Shown: positions 1-8,243 of the stretch, one piece after another | Layout: each line of letters starts with the position of its first letter | Position numbering within the stretch: the first letter of the stretch is position 1 | Origin: Paraspadella gotoi | Taxonomy: Eukaryota; Animalia; Chaetognatha | DNA length: 8,809 nucleotides | Direction of reading: 5' to 3' | Assembly (NCBI GenBank): GCA_051294375.1 | Contig: CM119266.1 | Coordinates: 8,953,849 to 8,962,657 of the forward strand | The notes under the pieces: model-generated | What the model was told of the DNA's origin: nothing | Database searches by the model: none | What the model saw: the letters and a program-made list of their open reading frames with translations, nothing else | Translations under genes and position numbers: made by a program

Positions 1-509
1 TCGTCGTCGTCGTCCTCGTTGCCATTTAATTTCATTAGAGCGTCTATAAAAATAATCATTTTTATATTCTTATTCTTAATCTGCAAAAGCGACTAACGCG
101 ATTTAGACTTTGCAAATGTCTATTATTAATAGACATATGATATCTTGTTCATAGAAAATATATTTTCAATCCCTTGATTTTTTCAGATGTGTTTGTTTTT
201 TATTATAATTATTTATTGAAACTGTTATTTGAATCTGTTTGTACATATATTCATCTATCTTCGTATCCCATAATCAGATAAGAATAGTAAAACAACTCAC
301 AATACCTTCAAAGCATTCTCAGAGTTCAGAGTTCAAACCCGCATAAACAATGTCCAAGTGCCAAATGCAATTTGTGCATCCCAGTTGCCTCGAGCCTATT
401 TTCTTTTTTCGTGAATATCTGAGTCCATCGGTTGTTTGGTGTCGAGAGTTTTCTTCACCTGCCTCTTTGCGTTAGAATGAGTAATGAGGAGAGAAAGAGG
501 AAGAGGAAA

Positions 510-660
510 NNNNNNNNNNNNNNNNNNNNNNNNNNNNNNNNNNNNNNNNNNNNNNNNNNNNNNNNNNNNNNNNNNNNNNNNNNNNNNNNNNNNNNNNNNN
601 NNNNNNNNNNNNNNNNNNNNNNNNNNNNNNNNNNNNNNNNNNNNNNNNNNNNNNNNNNNN
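510..660. other. N-run (151 nt); assembly gap or hard-masked simple repeat
   Basis: Run of n, flanked by AG-rich sequence on the left and (CT)9 on the right. Confidence 0.95.
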
Positions 661-678
661 CTCTCTCTCTCTCTCTCT
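661..678. repeat. (CT)9 microsatellite abutting an N-run
   Basis: ctctctctctctctctct read directly. Confidence 0.95.
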
Positions 679-802
679 AAAACATACCTCGTATTAGTTC
701 AATTTTGGTGGATGGCTGTCTTTTTTATATGACCTTCAAGTCGATGAGACAATACGAAACATTTTTAGTATGTCATAATAAGAACATTACATATACCATT
801 TT

Positions 803-905
803 NNNNNNNNNNNNNNNNNNNNNNNNNNNNNNNNNNNNNNNNNNNNNNNNNNNNNNNNNNNNNNNNNNNNNNNNNNNNNNNNNNNNNNNNNNNNNNNNNN
901 NNNNN
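803..905. other. N-run (103 nt)
   Basis: Run of n, followed by degenerate TCG/TCA triplet sequence (906-960). Confidence 0.95.
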
Positions 906-960
906 CGTCACAATCGTCGTTGTCATCGTCGTCGTCATCGCCTTCTTTATCGTCGTTATT
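906..960. repeat. Degenerate (TCG/TCA/TTG)n triplet repeat
   Basis: cgtcacaatcgtcgttgtcatcgtcgtcgtcatcg... Confidence 0.75.
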
Positions 961-1459
961 GGTTTACGGTGGCGACAATTAACATTTAAATTTGTTCACT
1001 TTTTTGTTTATTGTTTAAACTTAATTAACGTCGTCGTTTTAGCTTCTTCTTTGTTTGGCCACCCGCTCTGTTTAAATGACATATTATGACTGATAAGGGA
1101 GGTCTTGACATAATTGTCTCTTTTTGTCTGCCCACAAAACGGATATTATTTTTAATCTTAAGTCTTTGAATGAAACTAACATAAATTTATTTCATTCGCC
1201 TGCTCTCTCAATTCTTGTTCACTTTCAATTCCGGTTAATATCGAAACACTATGATAATTTTAATTGTATTTGTAATTTATAAGCTCCACGATTGTTTCGA
1301 CAAACCTGACCCTTTTCCCAATATTAGATATATTAATATAATTTAAGTCACTTGAGATCCTTTGTCGCTTCCAGTTTTAGTCGAATATTTTATGTTTTTG
1401 TTTTTAGTCTTGAATTTTGGTGTATATAAATATAAAGGGTGTTTGACTGTTTGTCTTAT

Positions 1460-1483
1460 TCGTCGTCGTCGTCGTCGTCGTCG
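1460..1483. repeat. (TCG)8 microsatellite
   Basis: Eight perfect TCG units; the source of the poly-R/S/T in the ORF track. Confidence 0.95.
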
Positions 1484-1539
1484 CTTTTATCGTTTTATTC
1501 GGCGCCTTCAGAATTTTTTTTTCCGCCGACTTTTCTTTC

Positions 1540-1697
1540 NNNNNNNNNNNNNNNNNNNNNNNNNNNNNNNNNNNNNNNNNNNNNNNNNNNNNNNNNNNNN
1601 NNNNNNNNNNNNNNNNNNNNNNNNNNNNNNNNNNNNNNNNNNNNNNNNNNNNNNNNNNNNNNNNNNNNNNNNNNNNNNNNNNNNNNNNNNNNNNNNN
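1540..1697. other. N-run (158 nt)
   Basis: Run of n. Confidence 0.95.
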
Positions 1698-1737
1698 TGC
1701 GTTCATTTCCACCAGTCGTTTTCGCGCCGCATTAAAA

Positions 1738-1832
1738 CTGTCGTCGTTATCGTTGTCGCGTAGTGTTAGTCTTTTGTCGTCGCCATTATCGTCGTTTCAA
1801 GTCGTTTTTTGTCGTTGTTATTGTTGTTGTAG
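1738..1832. repeat. Degenerate (TCG/TTG/TTA)n low-complexity tract
   Basis: tcgtcgttatcgttgtcgcg...gtcgttgttattgttgttgtag. Confidence 0.65.
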
Positions 1833-2010
1833 TCAAATTTCTCTGCCTTAATTCGTCCTTTTTTTTTCATTGTCGGTGAAGTTCTTGCAAATCACCCAAT
1901 GGAAAAATCACGAATTTGACTGACATGAAACAGTTAATAATATTATTTCAAATTTGGTACAAGCAATATAAAATTATCCATTAGTTTAATAAATAAGCTA
2001 TCTTGCCCCT

Positions 2011-2164
2011 NNNNNNNNNNNNNNNNNNNNNNNNNNNNNNNNNNNNNNNNNNNNNNNNNNNNNNNNNNNNNNNNNNNNNNNNNNNNNNNNNNNNNNNNNN
2101 NNNNNNNNNNNNNNNNNNNNNNNNNNNNNNNNNNNNNNNNNNNNNNNNNNNNNNNNNNNNNNNN
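2011..2164. other. N-run (154 nt)
   Basis: Run of n. Confidence 0.95.
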
Positions 2165-2335
2165 TCAAGTTAGCTTACTTGTTCATTATTTATATTGGTT
2201 GTATAAATTTCATAAGAAAAAAAATATTGTGTTTCTAATTCTTCGGCAAATCTATTGATTTTTTTTTTTCAAAAAAGAGCACAATATACATTCTGCATTA
2301 TAAGGCAAAAAATGGTGAACATAAAATGCAACTCT

Positions 2336-2362
2336 TCGTCATCATCGTCGTCATCGTCATCG

Positions 2363-2425
<63 letters not shown>
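2336..2425. repeat. Compound (TCR)9(TCA)21 microsatellite
   Basis: Mixed TCG/TCA units at 2336-2362, then perfect TCA at 2363-2425. Explains the poly-S/I/M ORFs. Confidence 0.95.
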
Positions 2426-2429
<4 letters not shown>

Positions 2430-2514
2430 CCAAATCAAGAATGCAAAGTCGGAGGCGACGAATTCCGAGGGAAACAAAAGAACAAAAGGAAAATCCATTA
2501 GAAAAGATGACGGA

Positions 2515-2708
2515 AGAGAGAGAGNNNNNNNNNNNNNNNNNNNNNNNNNNNNNNNNNNNNNNNNNNNNNNNNNNNNNNNNNNNNNNNNNNNNNNNNNNNN
2601 NNNNNNNNNNNNNNNNNNNNNNNNNNNNNNNNNNNNNNNNNNNNNNNNNNNNNNNNNNNNNNNNNNNNNNNNNNNNNNNNNNNNNNNNGAGAGAGAGAGA
2701 GAGAGAGA
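2515..2708. repeat. (AG)n microsatellite interrupted by an N-run (2525-2688, 164 nt)
   Basis: AG repeats run into the N-run from both sides. Confidence 0.9.
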
Positions 2709-3274
2709 TCCCAAGGCGACTCCTGCTGAGGATTTTTATTATCCTTTTGATTCCCGAAAGAAAAAAAGAGAAAAAAAAACTATTATTCTTTTTTTCTTCT
2801 CTTTGACTTTTGTTATTTTATTTTTTCAAAAAATTTCAGTTTTAATTCAAAAAGAAAAGAAAAGGAAAGATATTGAAAAATCTTCGACAATTCGCGTCTT
2901 TGAAGAATCGAGGGAAAGGCAAACGTCTTTGTTGGACGGGGTTTTGCGTGGACATTATGTAATAAACATTAATTGTACATAAATAAAAGTAGGACAAAAA
3001 ACCTAATACACGGCATTTGTAGAAACAAAGTAGGAGACATTAAACAACTGAGAACTACCAAACTTTTAAACTATATTTAATATTCAACAACATAACTAAG
3101 TGATTAAAAATCATTTAATTACTTAACAATTCGACTATTCAGCTTTTTACCTTTTCAACAACCTTTTCAACTAACTTTTAACTATTTATATAACTAGCTT
3201 AATAATCATTTAACTACTTAACTTTTGAAGTACAACTATACGACAAAAAAAAATAACATAAAAAAAATCCTTAC

Positions 3275-3475
3275 CTTTTGTTGTTCTTGTTTTTGTTTTG
3301 TTTTTGTCCCCAAAAAATTTGTTTAGCCGCGATTTTCCTCTGAGACGACGTCGCTGGTTTTTTCTGCCCCAGGGGCCGCGGATTCCTGGCCCCGGGGGAC
3401 ACGCGATTCCCGCCCCCGGGGAACGCGGTAACGAAGCCCCTAGGGTTGTGATTTCTTGGCCCCGCGGTTGATTTT
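3275..3475 (-). CDS. Candidate internal exon of an unidentified spliced gene (degraded sequence)
   Basis: GC-rich block in AT-rich flanks. Strong minus-strand donor AAG|GTAAGG (plus ccttac, 3269-3274). Long upstream minus-strand pyrimidine tract (3478-3598) ends TTCCAA rather than TTCCAG. Two minus frames are open across the block. No recognisable domain. Confidence 0.4.
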
Positions 3476-3480
3476 TTGGA

Positions 3481-3598
3481 AGAAGAGGGAGGGAGGGGGA
3501 AGGGAGAGAGAGAGAGAGAAGGAGAAAACGATAGTGAGTGAGAGACAGACAGACAGACCGAGAGATAGAAAAAGAAAAGAAAAAGAGAAAGAAATAAA
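3481..3598. repeat. Purine-rich compound repeat: (GGGA)n, (AG)n, (AGAC)n, (GAAAA)n
   Basis: Read directly. Confidence 0.9.
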
Positions 3599-3849
3599 AG
3601 TCGTGATTTTGTTGTTTGCCCTCGGAGGAAGCATATGGCAGCGGGAAAGAAAGGGCGGGCGGGGGCTTGGAGGGAGTTGAAGCGATTGGAGGCAAATTTG
3701 TCCCCAAATTTATTCAATTTGTTTGTTTTACTTTCCTGTTTATTGCATTGAAATGTTAAATGATTCAATTCTCTGTTATGCCACCTTTTCCTAATACAAT
3801 TTCGGTTGTTTTTTTTCCTTATTTTATCTCTCTCACTTTCCTGCTGCGG

Positions 3850-3857
3850 AACAAAAG
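3850..3857 (+). other. Candidate microexon (AACAAAAG)
   Basis: CTAAT branch-like motif (3791-3795), polypyrimidine tract (~3806-3842), CTGCGG (3844-3849; one base from CTGCAG), then consensus donor AAG|GTAAGT (3858-3863). Confidence 0.3.
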
Positions 3858-4099
3858 GTAAGTTGCAAAAATGCTGCACATAAATTTATCAATTAATATT
3901 TATTTAAGAGACAATACCAAACGTTAAATATTTCGTTATAATTTACGCATTGGTAGTTTACAATCATTGTAAATATTCCGGACATTTAACTCGGCCAAGA
4001 ATTGATCACAATGACAATGCATCTTTCAATCTTTGCATCTTCTTCACCCAATAAACACATTGCGTCAAGGACACGTCGTCTATTCTTGACAATTTACGA

Positions 4100-4160
4100 A
4101 CGCCCCCCACCCCATCTACGCCCCCCTCTACGCCCCCCCCCTCGACGCACCCCTTCCTCC
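4100..4160. repeat. Short imperfect C-rich tandem repeat, unit approx. TCTACGCCCCCC
   Basis: acgcccccca...tctacgcccccc tctacgcccccccc tcgacgcacccc. Confidence 0.65.
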
Positions 4161-4339
4161 AACCTTCGGTCGTTCTCGTAACGCCGCATTGGCCATATTT
4201 TCCAAAGCGCACCCAGTTTTCGTTTAAAATCGGAATTAAGGTAGTTTTTATATTTGAATTAAAAAGGTTACGATTATAGAGTAGGTTAGTGATTAGGGGT
4301 TAAGGATTTTGAAGAAAAAAAAAATTGGAAAGAACTTAC

Positions 4340-4557
4340 GAAACAGAAATAAGGCGCTTTTGGAAAATATTGCCCCCCACCCGGGCCCCAACTTCCTCGC
4401 CGTCATTTCCTTGGCCCAAATTTCTCCGCTCGAAAAATAACCAATTCTTTTTTTTCGGCCTCAAAACTTTTTTTTTTTGAGACTGGGAGCAAATCGGTCT
4501 TGACTTTGAGAAGCCAATCACAAATGCGGAAGAAAATGGGAGGAAGGGCATGAAATG
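4340..4557 (-). CDS. Candidate internal exon (218 nt) of an unidentified spliced gene
   Basis: Minus-strand pyrimidine tract (ctccttccccccgatcccccc) ends CTGCGG (plus 4558-4563). Donor GTAAGT (plus acttac, 4334-4339). One frame is open throughout (ORF 4336..4551, whose stop is the TAA within the donor). Many long homopolymers; product not recognised. Confidence 0.4.
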
Positions 4558-4871
4558 CCGCAGGGGGGATCGGGGGGGAAGGAGTTATACTAAGCGGTAT
4601 TAGTAGATGCCGAGAGGCGAGAACTAGAAAAAAATATTTTATGCCGTCAGTAAATAGCGACTGGTAAATGGGATTTAGAGCAAATATGAGCCAGTCTATG
4701 CACCACGCCTACTTAAAATGTACATATGCACGTACAGTGTACAGTCGTACAGTAGTCGCACATAGTCAAAAACACGAAGAGATGAAAAGAGAGATAGAGA
4801 AAGAAAAATGGGGAGAATGCCTCAGGGACTAGAAACGGGTCCCGTACGTGATCAGAAGATGAAAAATTAAA

Positions 4872-4914
4872 GAATATGAATACCCTTATGAATATGAATA
4901 TGAATACGCCTTAT
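4872..4914. repeat. Short degenerate (GAATAT)n hexamer repeat
   Basis: gaatatgaatacccttatgaatatgaatatgaatacgccttatg. Confidence 0.7.
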
Positions 4915-5134
4915 GTAGGAAATAAATGCCGTTGTGCATTTTTTTATGTCGATAGTTAAAAACGCGTCAGCTGAGATTAAATTTAAAAAAAGAAATTCAA
5001 AGAAAAGATTGAAAATATTTTTTCTCTCTCTTTTAAAACTTTCTCCGAGTTCCTCAACGCAGCTGTGACAATAATTATAGTTTCCAGATCTTTTGGGCGG
5101 TTTTTTTTTTTAATAATATTATTATATTACTCTT

Positions 5135-5370
5135 ATGATGACAAAAAAGACTGTGATGACGACGATGATGACAATGATGACGTTGAAGACGACGATGACA
5201 ACGACTTCATATCCGACGACTTTGATGCTATTCTCGAGTCTTCTACATCTCACGCGGCTCGTCATCGTCATTGTCGTTTGGTTTGTCCTCCTCGTCGGCG
5301 TCTTTTTCTTTGTCCCCGTCGTCGTTGTTGTCGTCGTCGTCCGTCTTCTTTTGTTGATGATGTTTATCAT
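5135..5370. repeat. Degenerate triplet low-complexity region: (GAT/GAC)n, then (TCG/TTG)n
   Basis: gatgacgacgatgatgacaatgatgac... followed by ...cgtcgtcgttgttgtcgtcgtcgt. Gives the poly-D/T/V/R ORFs. Confidence 0.8.
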
Positions 5371-5432
5371 CCAAACATTTGGACAGAGTTGTGCTCCTTT
5401 TCTTGGTTTCATCTCCGCATATCGTTTATTTT

Positions 5433-5495
5433 TCCTCTCCTCCTCTTTCTCTCCCTCCCTCTCTCCCTCTCTTCCTCTCTCCCCCTCCCACCCTC
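5433..5495. repeat. CT-rich low-complexity tract
   Basis: Almost pure C/T. Confidence 0.85.
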
Positions 5496-5786
5496 AGGAG
5501 CCAAGCATGACCAAATAAAAAGCTTGGGAAAGGGATATAATAAATACATATAATAATAATGGTGTATATTAGAGACGCGACTGTCCGAGTCTCTCGTGAC
5601 CGAAGGACGAGATTAAAATCCTCGGCAACGATTGTTTTCAAATGAGGAAAATAATATTAATTAATTACATCATCGAAGCCAAAAAGAGGCATGTATATTC
5701 TTTAATTTAAAAACAAATATCCAAATGATTCACGATGACACAAAAGACGCCTTCGTCGTTGTCATCGACGTCGTTGTCATCATCTA

Positions 5787-5787
<1 letters not shown>

Positions 5788-5844
<57 letters not shown>
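5788..5844. repeat. (GTC)19 perfect microsatellite with a degenerate 5' extension from ~5752
   Basis: 19 perfect GTC units. Confidence 0.95.
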
Positions 5845-5903
5845 TAAGAATTTCCGCTAAAAGATTCCGCTTGGGAATCATAAACTTTTATTTTCTTTTT
5901 GGT

Positions 5904-5931
5904 TATCCCTATCCCTATCCCTATCCCTATC
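5904..5931. repeat. (TATCCC)4.7 hexamer microsatellite
   Basis: tatccc x4 plus tatc. Confidence 0.9.
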
Positions 5932-6256
5932 GCTTTTCCCCTTCGCTTCTTACTTCCTTTCCACTCCTTTTTATATCATCCCTCACCTTTACACTTCTTT
6001 CCTTTTCAATTCCTCCCCTTAAATATCCTTCCCTTTTCTTTTTCGCTTTTCCGAAATTCCTTCCTCCTTTTTTTTTCATTTCCTCCTTTTCCCTTCGCCA
6101 TCTGGATTTGTTGAATCTCCTTTCCTAATCGTCCGCAATGCTATCTTTCTTTCTTTTTTTCTTTCTTTCTTTCTTTCTTTCTTTCTTATCTTTCTTTCTT
6201 TCTTTCTTTCTTTCTCTTCTCTGAGCCCATTTTTCCTCCTCCACTTCCTCCTCCCT
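5932..6256. repeat. Pyrimidine-rich low-complexity block including (TTTC)n at ~6145-6215
   Basis: Strong C/T strand bias with TTTC tetramer units. Confidence 0.85.
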
Positions 6257-6344
6257 CAAACGCCACCTGCAATAATCCGACGTCTTTTGTTTTATTTCCC
6301 TCCACCGCCTTCGCGCGACATCTGTCGCCGTCAACGAAGACAGA

Positions 6345-6508
6345 GCCGATGACAACAAGGACGAACAACGACGACGTAGATGACGACGACGAAGATGAAC
6401 AAAACGACTACAAATGACAACGACGAACGACGATGACAACGACGACGACCGACAATGACAACGACAAAGATGATGATGACGACGACGACGACGACGAACG
6501 ACGACGAC
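6345..6508. repeat. Degenerate (GAC/AAC/GAT)n triplet repeat
   Basis: gacgaacaacgacgacgtagatgacgacgac...gacgacgacgacgacgaacgacgacgac. Confidence 0.9.
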
Positions 6509-6747
6509 ATTAAGCCTTAGTTCAAGCCTGCGTTGAAACGCCATTTTTTCCCACCCCGAGTAGCGCGCGAAAAAATTTTTTGACGCCCGCGCCATCGGCG
6601 TTAGACGTCGTGACGCCGTCCCTGACCGCTTGACGCCGACGTCCGCGCCAAACGACTCCCGCGGTGCCCTTTTGCGCCGCTGACGACGACGATGACGACG
6701 AAGACGACGGAAAAAGTGAGATTTCGAGTCTAAAAAAGATCAGATTT

Positions 6748-6828
6748 GCCGACGCTGACGACGCTGATGATGCGGCCGACGTTGTCGACGCTGCCGACGC
6801 TGTCGACGCTGCAAACGCTGCCGAAGGA
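6748..6828. repeat. Imperfect 9-bp tandem repeat, consensus GCCGACGCT, ~9 units
   Basis: gccgacgct gacgacgct gatgatgcg gccgacgtt gtcgacgct gccgacgct gtcgacgct gcaaacgct gccgaagga. Confidence 0.8.
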
Positions 6829-6938
6829 TAACAACAACAACGACGACATTAACAACGACAACCCCAGCAACAAAAACAGCAACAACAACAACAACATCTA
6901 CAACAACAACAGCATTAACAACAACGACAACAGCAACC
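6829..6938. repeat. Degenerate (AAC)n microsatellite
   Basis: aacaacaacaacgacgacattaacaac...; the source of the poly-N/V ORFs. Confidence 0.9.
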
Positions 6939-7272
6939 AAAGAACATATTTCCCCGTTACTCTCGCTTTAGTGGCCCGAACGACGGGGCGACGCCGTCGT
7001 TCGAATCGCTGCCAAAAACCATCTACCCACGCGCATGCGCGAACCGCTGCGTGCGCCGATCTAGACTGTGCGTGCACGAAAACGCCGCGCGTTCCGGGAA
7101 GTGGGCGCGAGCGAGCGCATAAACGAGCGCCATTACGGAAGAGTCGGTAGAGATCGGGAGTCGGGAGGTCGGAAAGTGGAAGCGGATAATATTAATATAT
7201 ATGTAATTATTCCATCTTCTGCCGACGTTGGCTTGCGCCAAAAAAAGAGGAACGGCGGAGATAGGTGTTTAC

Positions 7273-7575
7273 TGTCTCTCTCTCTCTCCTCTCTCTCTCT
7301 CATCTCTCTCTCTGTCCTCTCTCTCTCTCTCTCCCTCCTCGATCGTCTCCCTCCATCCCCTCTCTCTCTCTTTTCTTTATCTCTCTCTCTCTCTCCCCGT
7401 CCCTCTCACTCTTTCTTTTCTTGTCCTCTCTCTCTCTCTCTCCTCTCCTTCTTCCTCTTCTCTCCCCTCTCATTCTCGTCTCCCTCTTCTCCTCTCTCCC
7501 TCTCCCTTCCTCTCTCTCTCCTTCTCTCCCTCCCCTCTCTCTCGTCTTCTCTCTCCTCTCTCCCTGTCCCTCCCT
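7273..7575. repeat. Long degenerate (CT)n polypyrimidine tract (~300 nt)
   Basis: Nearly all C/T; the source of the LS-rich and RE-rich ORFs. Confidence 0.95.
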
Positions 7576-7715
7576 ATATATCTTCAGTATTTTTCCAAGG
7601 CATTTTTTAACCGATCTCAATTCCGACTCACATAATCTTTTTTTTTCCCATTCGACCGCACACCACGAATCCCCGACGGGAACAGAAAGGGGGACTCGAT
7701 CGCCGACCCACACGA

Positions 7716-7741
7716 NNNNNNNNNNNNNNNNNNNNNNNNNN
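7716..7741. other. N-run (26 nt)
   Basis: Run of n. Confidence 0.95.
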
Positions 7742-8050
7742 GGGTGAGGATAAGGTAAGGAGGAATGAGGGTGTATCTAAGGGTGAGTGATGGAGTTTTA
7801 AAGGAGTAAGACGTCAAGACCGAAGTTATCTGTTTGAACATTTTACATTAATTGTACATTATAATTTGATTCTTAGCAAAATGTAAAAGTAAGAAAGGGA
7901 ATAAAACAAAACGTTTCCCGACAGAGCTCCGCCAAACCTTGACCATGATAATCACATTCTACTGGCCACTACCTACCGCTGACCACTAACCACAGACCAG
8001 CCGATTCCCAGCGCTCCGTGCACTAAGAGCCAAGAAAGCGTCGGCCTGAC

Positions 8051-8236
8051 CGTGTTTTCTGAAGCTTCGGATGGTGGTTCACTGCCGAGGGGCTGTGGTG
8101 GTGGTGATCCTTAAGAAGGTGGAGCTGGGGTGGGCAGGGCGAAGGCTCGAGTGGTGGACTCCCGTTGGCGGGAAAGACGGAAGCAGGTCCTCCCAGCGGC
8201 GATAAATCTTCACCAAGCTGCTTGGCGCCTCTTGCG
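8051..8236 (-). CDS. Candidate exon encoding a Ser/Pro/His-rich peptide (ARGAKQLGEDLSPLGGPASVFPANGSPPLEPSPCPPQLHLLKDHHHHSPSAVNHHPKLQKT...)
   Basis: Complex GC-rich sequence directly after a minus-strand (CT)n tract ending CATTGCGG (plus 8237-8244). The frame starting at 8235 is open for 70 codons to TAG (plus 8023-8025). Possible donor G|GTCAGG (plus 8045-8050). Absent from the ORF track, presumably for lack of a start codon. Product not recognised. Confidence 0.45.
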
Positions 8237-8243
8237 CCGCAAT

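Noticed and set aside
322-342. GAGTTCAAACCC resembling a Pol III B-box (tRNA or SINE)
   Set aside because: No upstream A-box, cloverleaf or SINE tail is visible.
432-2982. ORFs 432-680, 484-732, 705-989, 1362-1763, 1404-1712, 1439-1735, 2255-2806, 2298-2714 and 2326-2982
   Set aside because: They stay open only because they cross N-runs and microsatellites; the translations are poly-X/S/I/M/R.
4340-4415. Alternative frame AKEMTARKLGPGWGAIFSKSALFLF, loosely reminiscent of a receptor transmembrane segment
   Set aside because: It is too short and error-prone, with no diagnostic motif; no family can be assigned without a search.
5495-5520. + strand acceptor CAG|G after a CT tract, followed by AATAAA (possible terminal exon)
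   Set aside because: Only a few codons follow, and both motifs are common by chance beside CT repeats in AT-rich DNA.
5065-5641. Asp-rich, Thr-rich and Val-rich ORFs that could be taken for acidic or membrane proteins
   Set aside because: Several overlapping frames are open on both strands over a degenerate triplet repeat and a CT tract, the signature of low complexity.
5904-5931. (TATCCC)n, i.e. (TAGGGA)n on the minus strand, as a telomere-like repeat
   Set aside because: Fewer than five units, internal, and not TTAGG or TTAGGG; an ordinary hexamer SSR.
6262-6275. Minus-strand TTGCAG|G acceptor-like site
   Set aside because: The upstream sequence on that strand is A-rich rather than pyrimidine-rich, and the downstream sequence is a purine low-complexity repeat.
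6748-6828. Regularly spaced repeat as a possible CRISPR array
   Set aside because: The units are 9 bp and contiguous with no unique spacers, there are no cas genes, and the context is eukaryotic.
5871-7747. ORFs with YP/IP, poly-R, poly-N, poly-V, LS and RE repeats
   Set aside because: They are direct translations of (TATCCC)n, (GAC)n, (AAC)n and (CT)n.
2966-7859. Exact 15-nt direct repeat ACATTAATTGTACAT at 2966-2980 and 7845-7859 (possible target-site duplication or element ends)
   Set aside because: The match is short and AT-rich with no extended flanking similarity, and there is no transposase/RT ORF or terminal repeat between the copies. It is compatible with chance.
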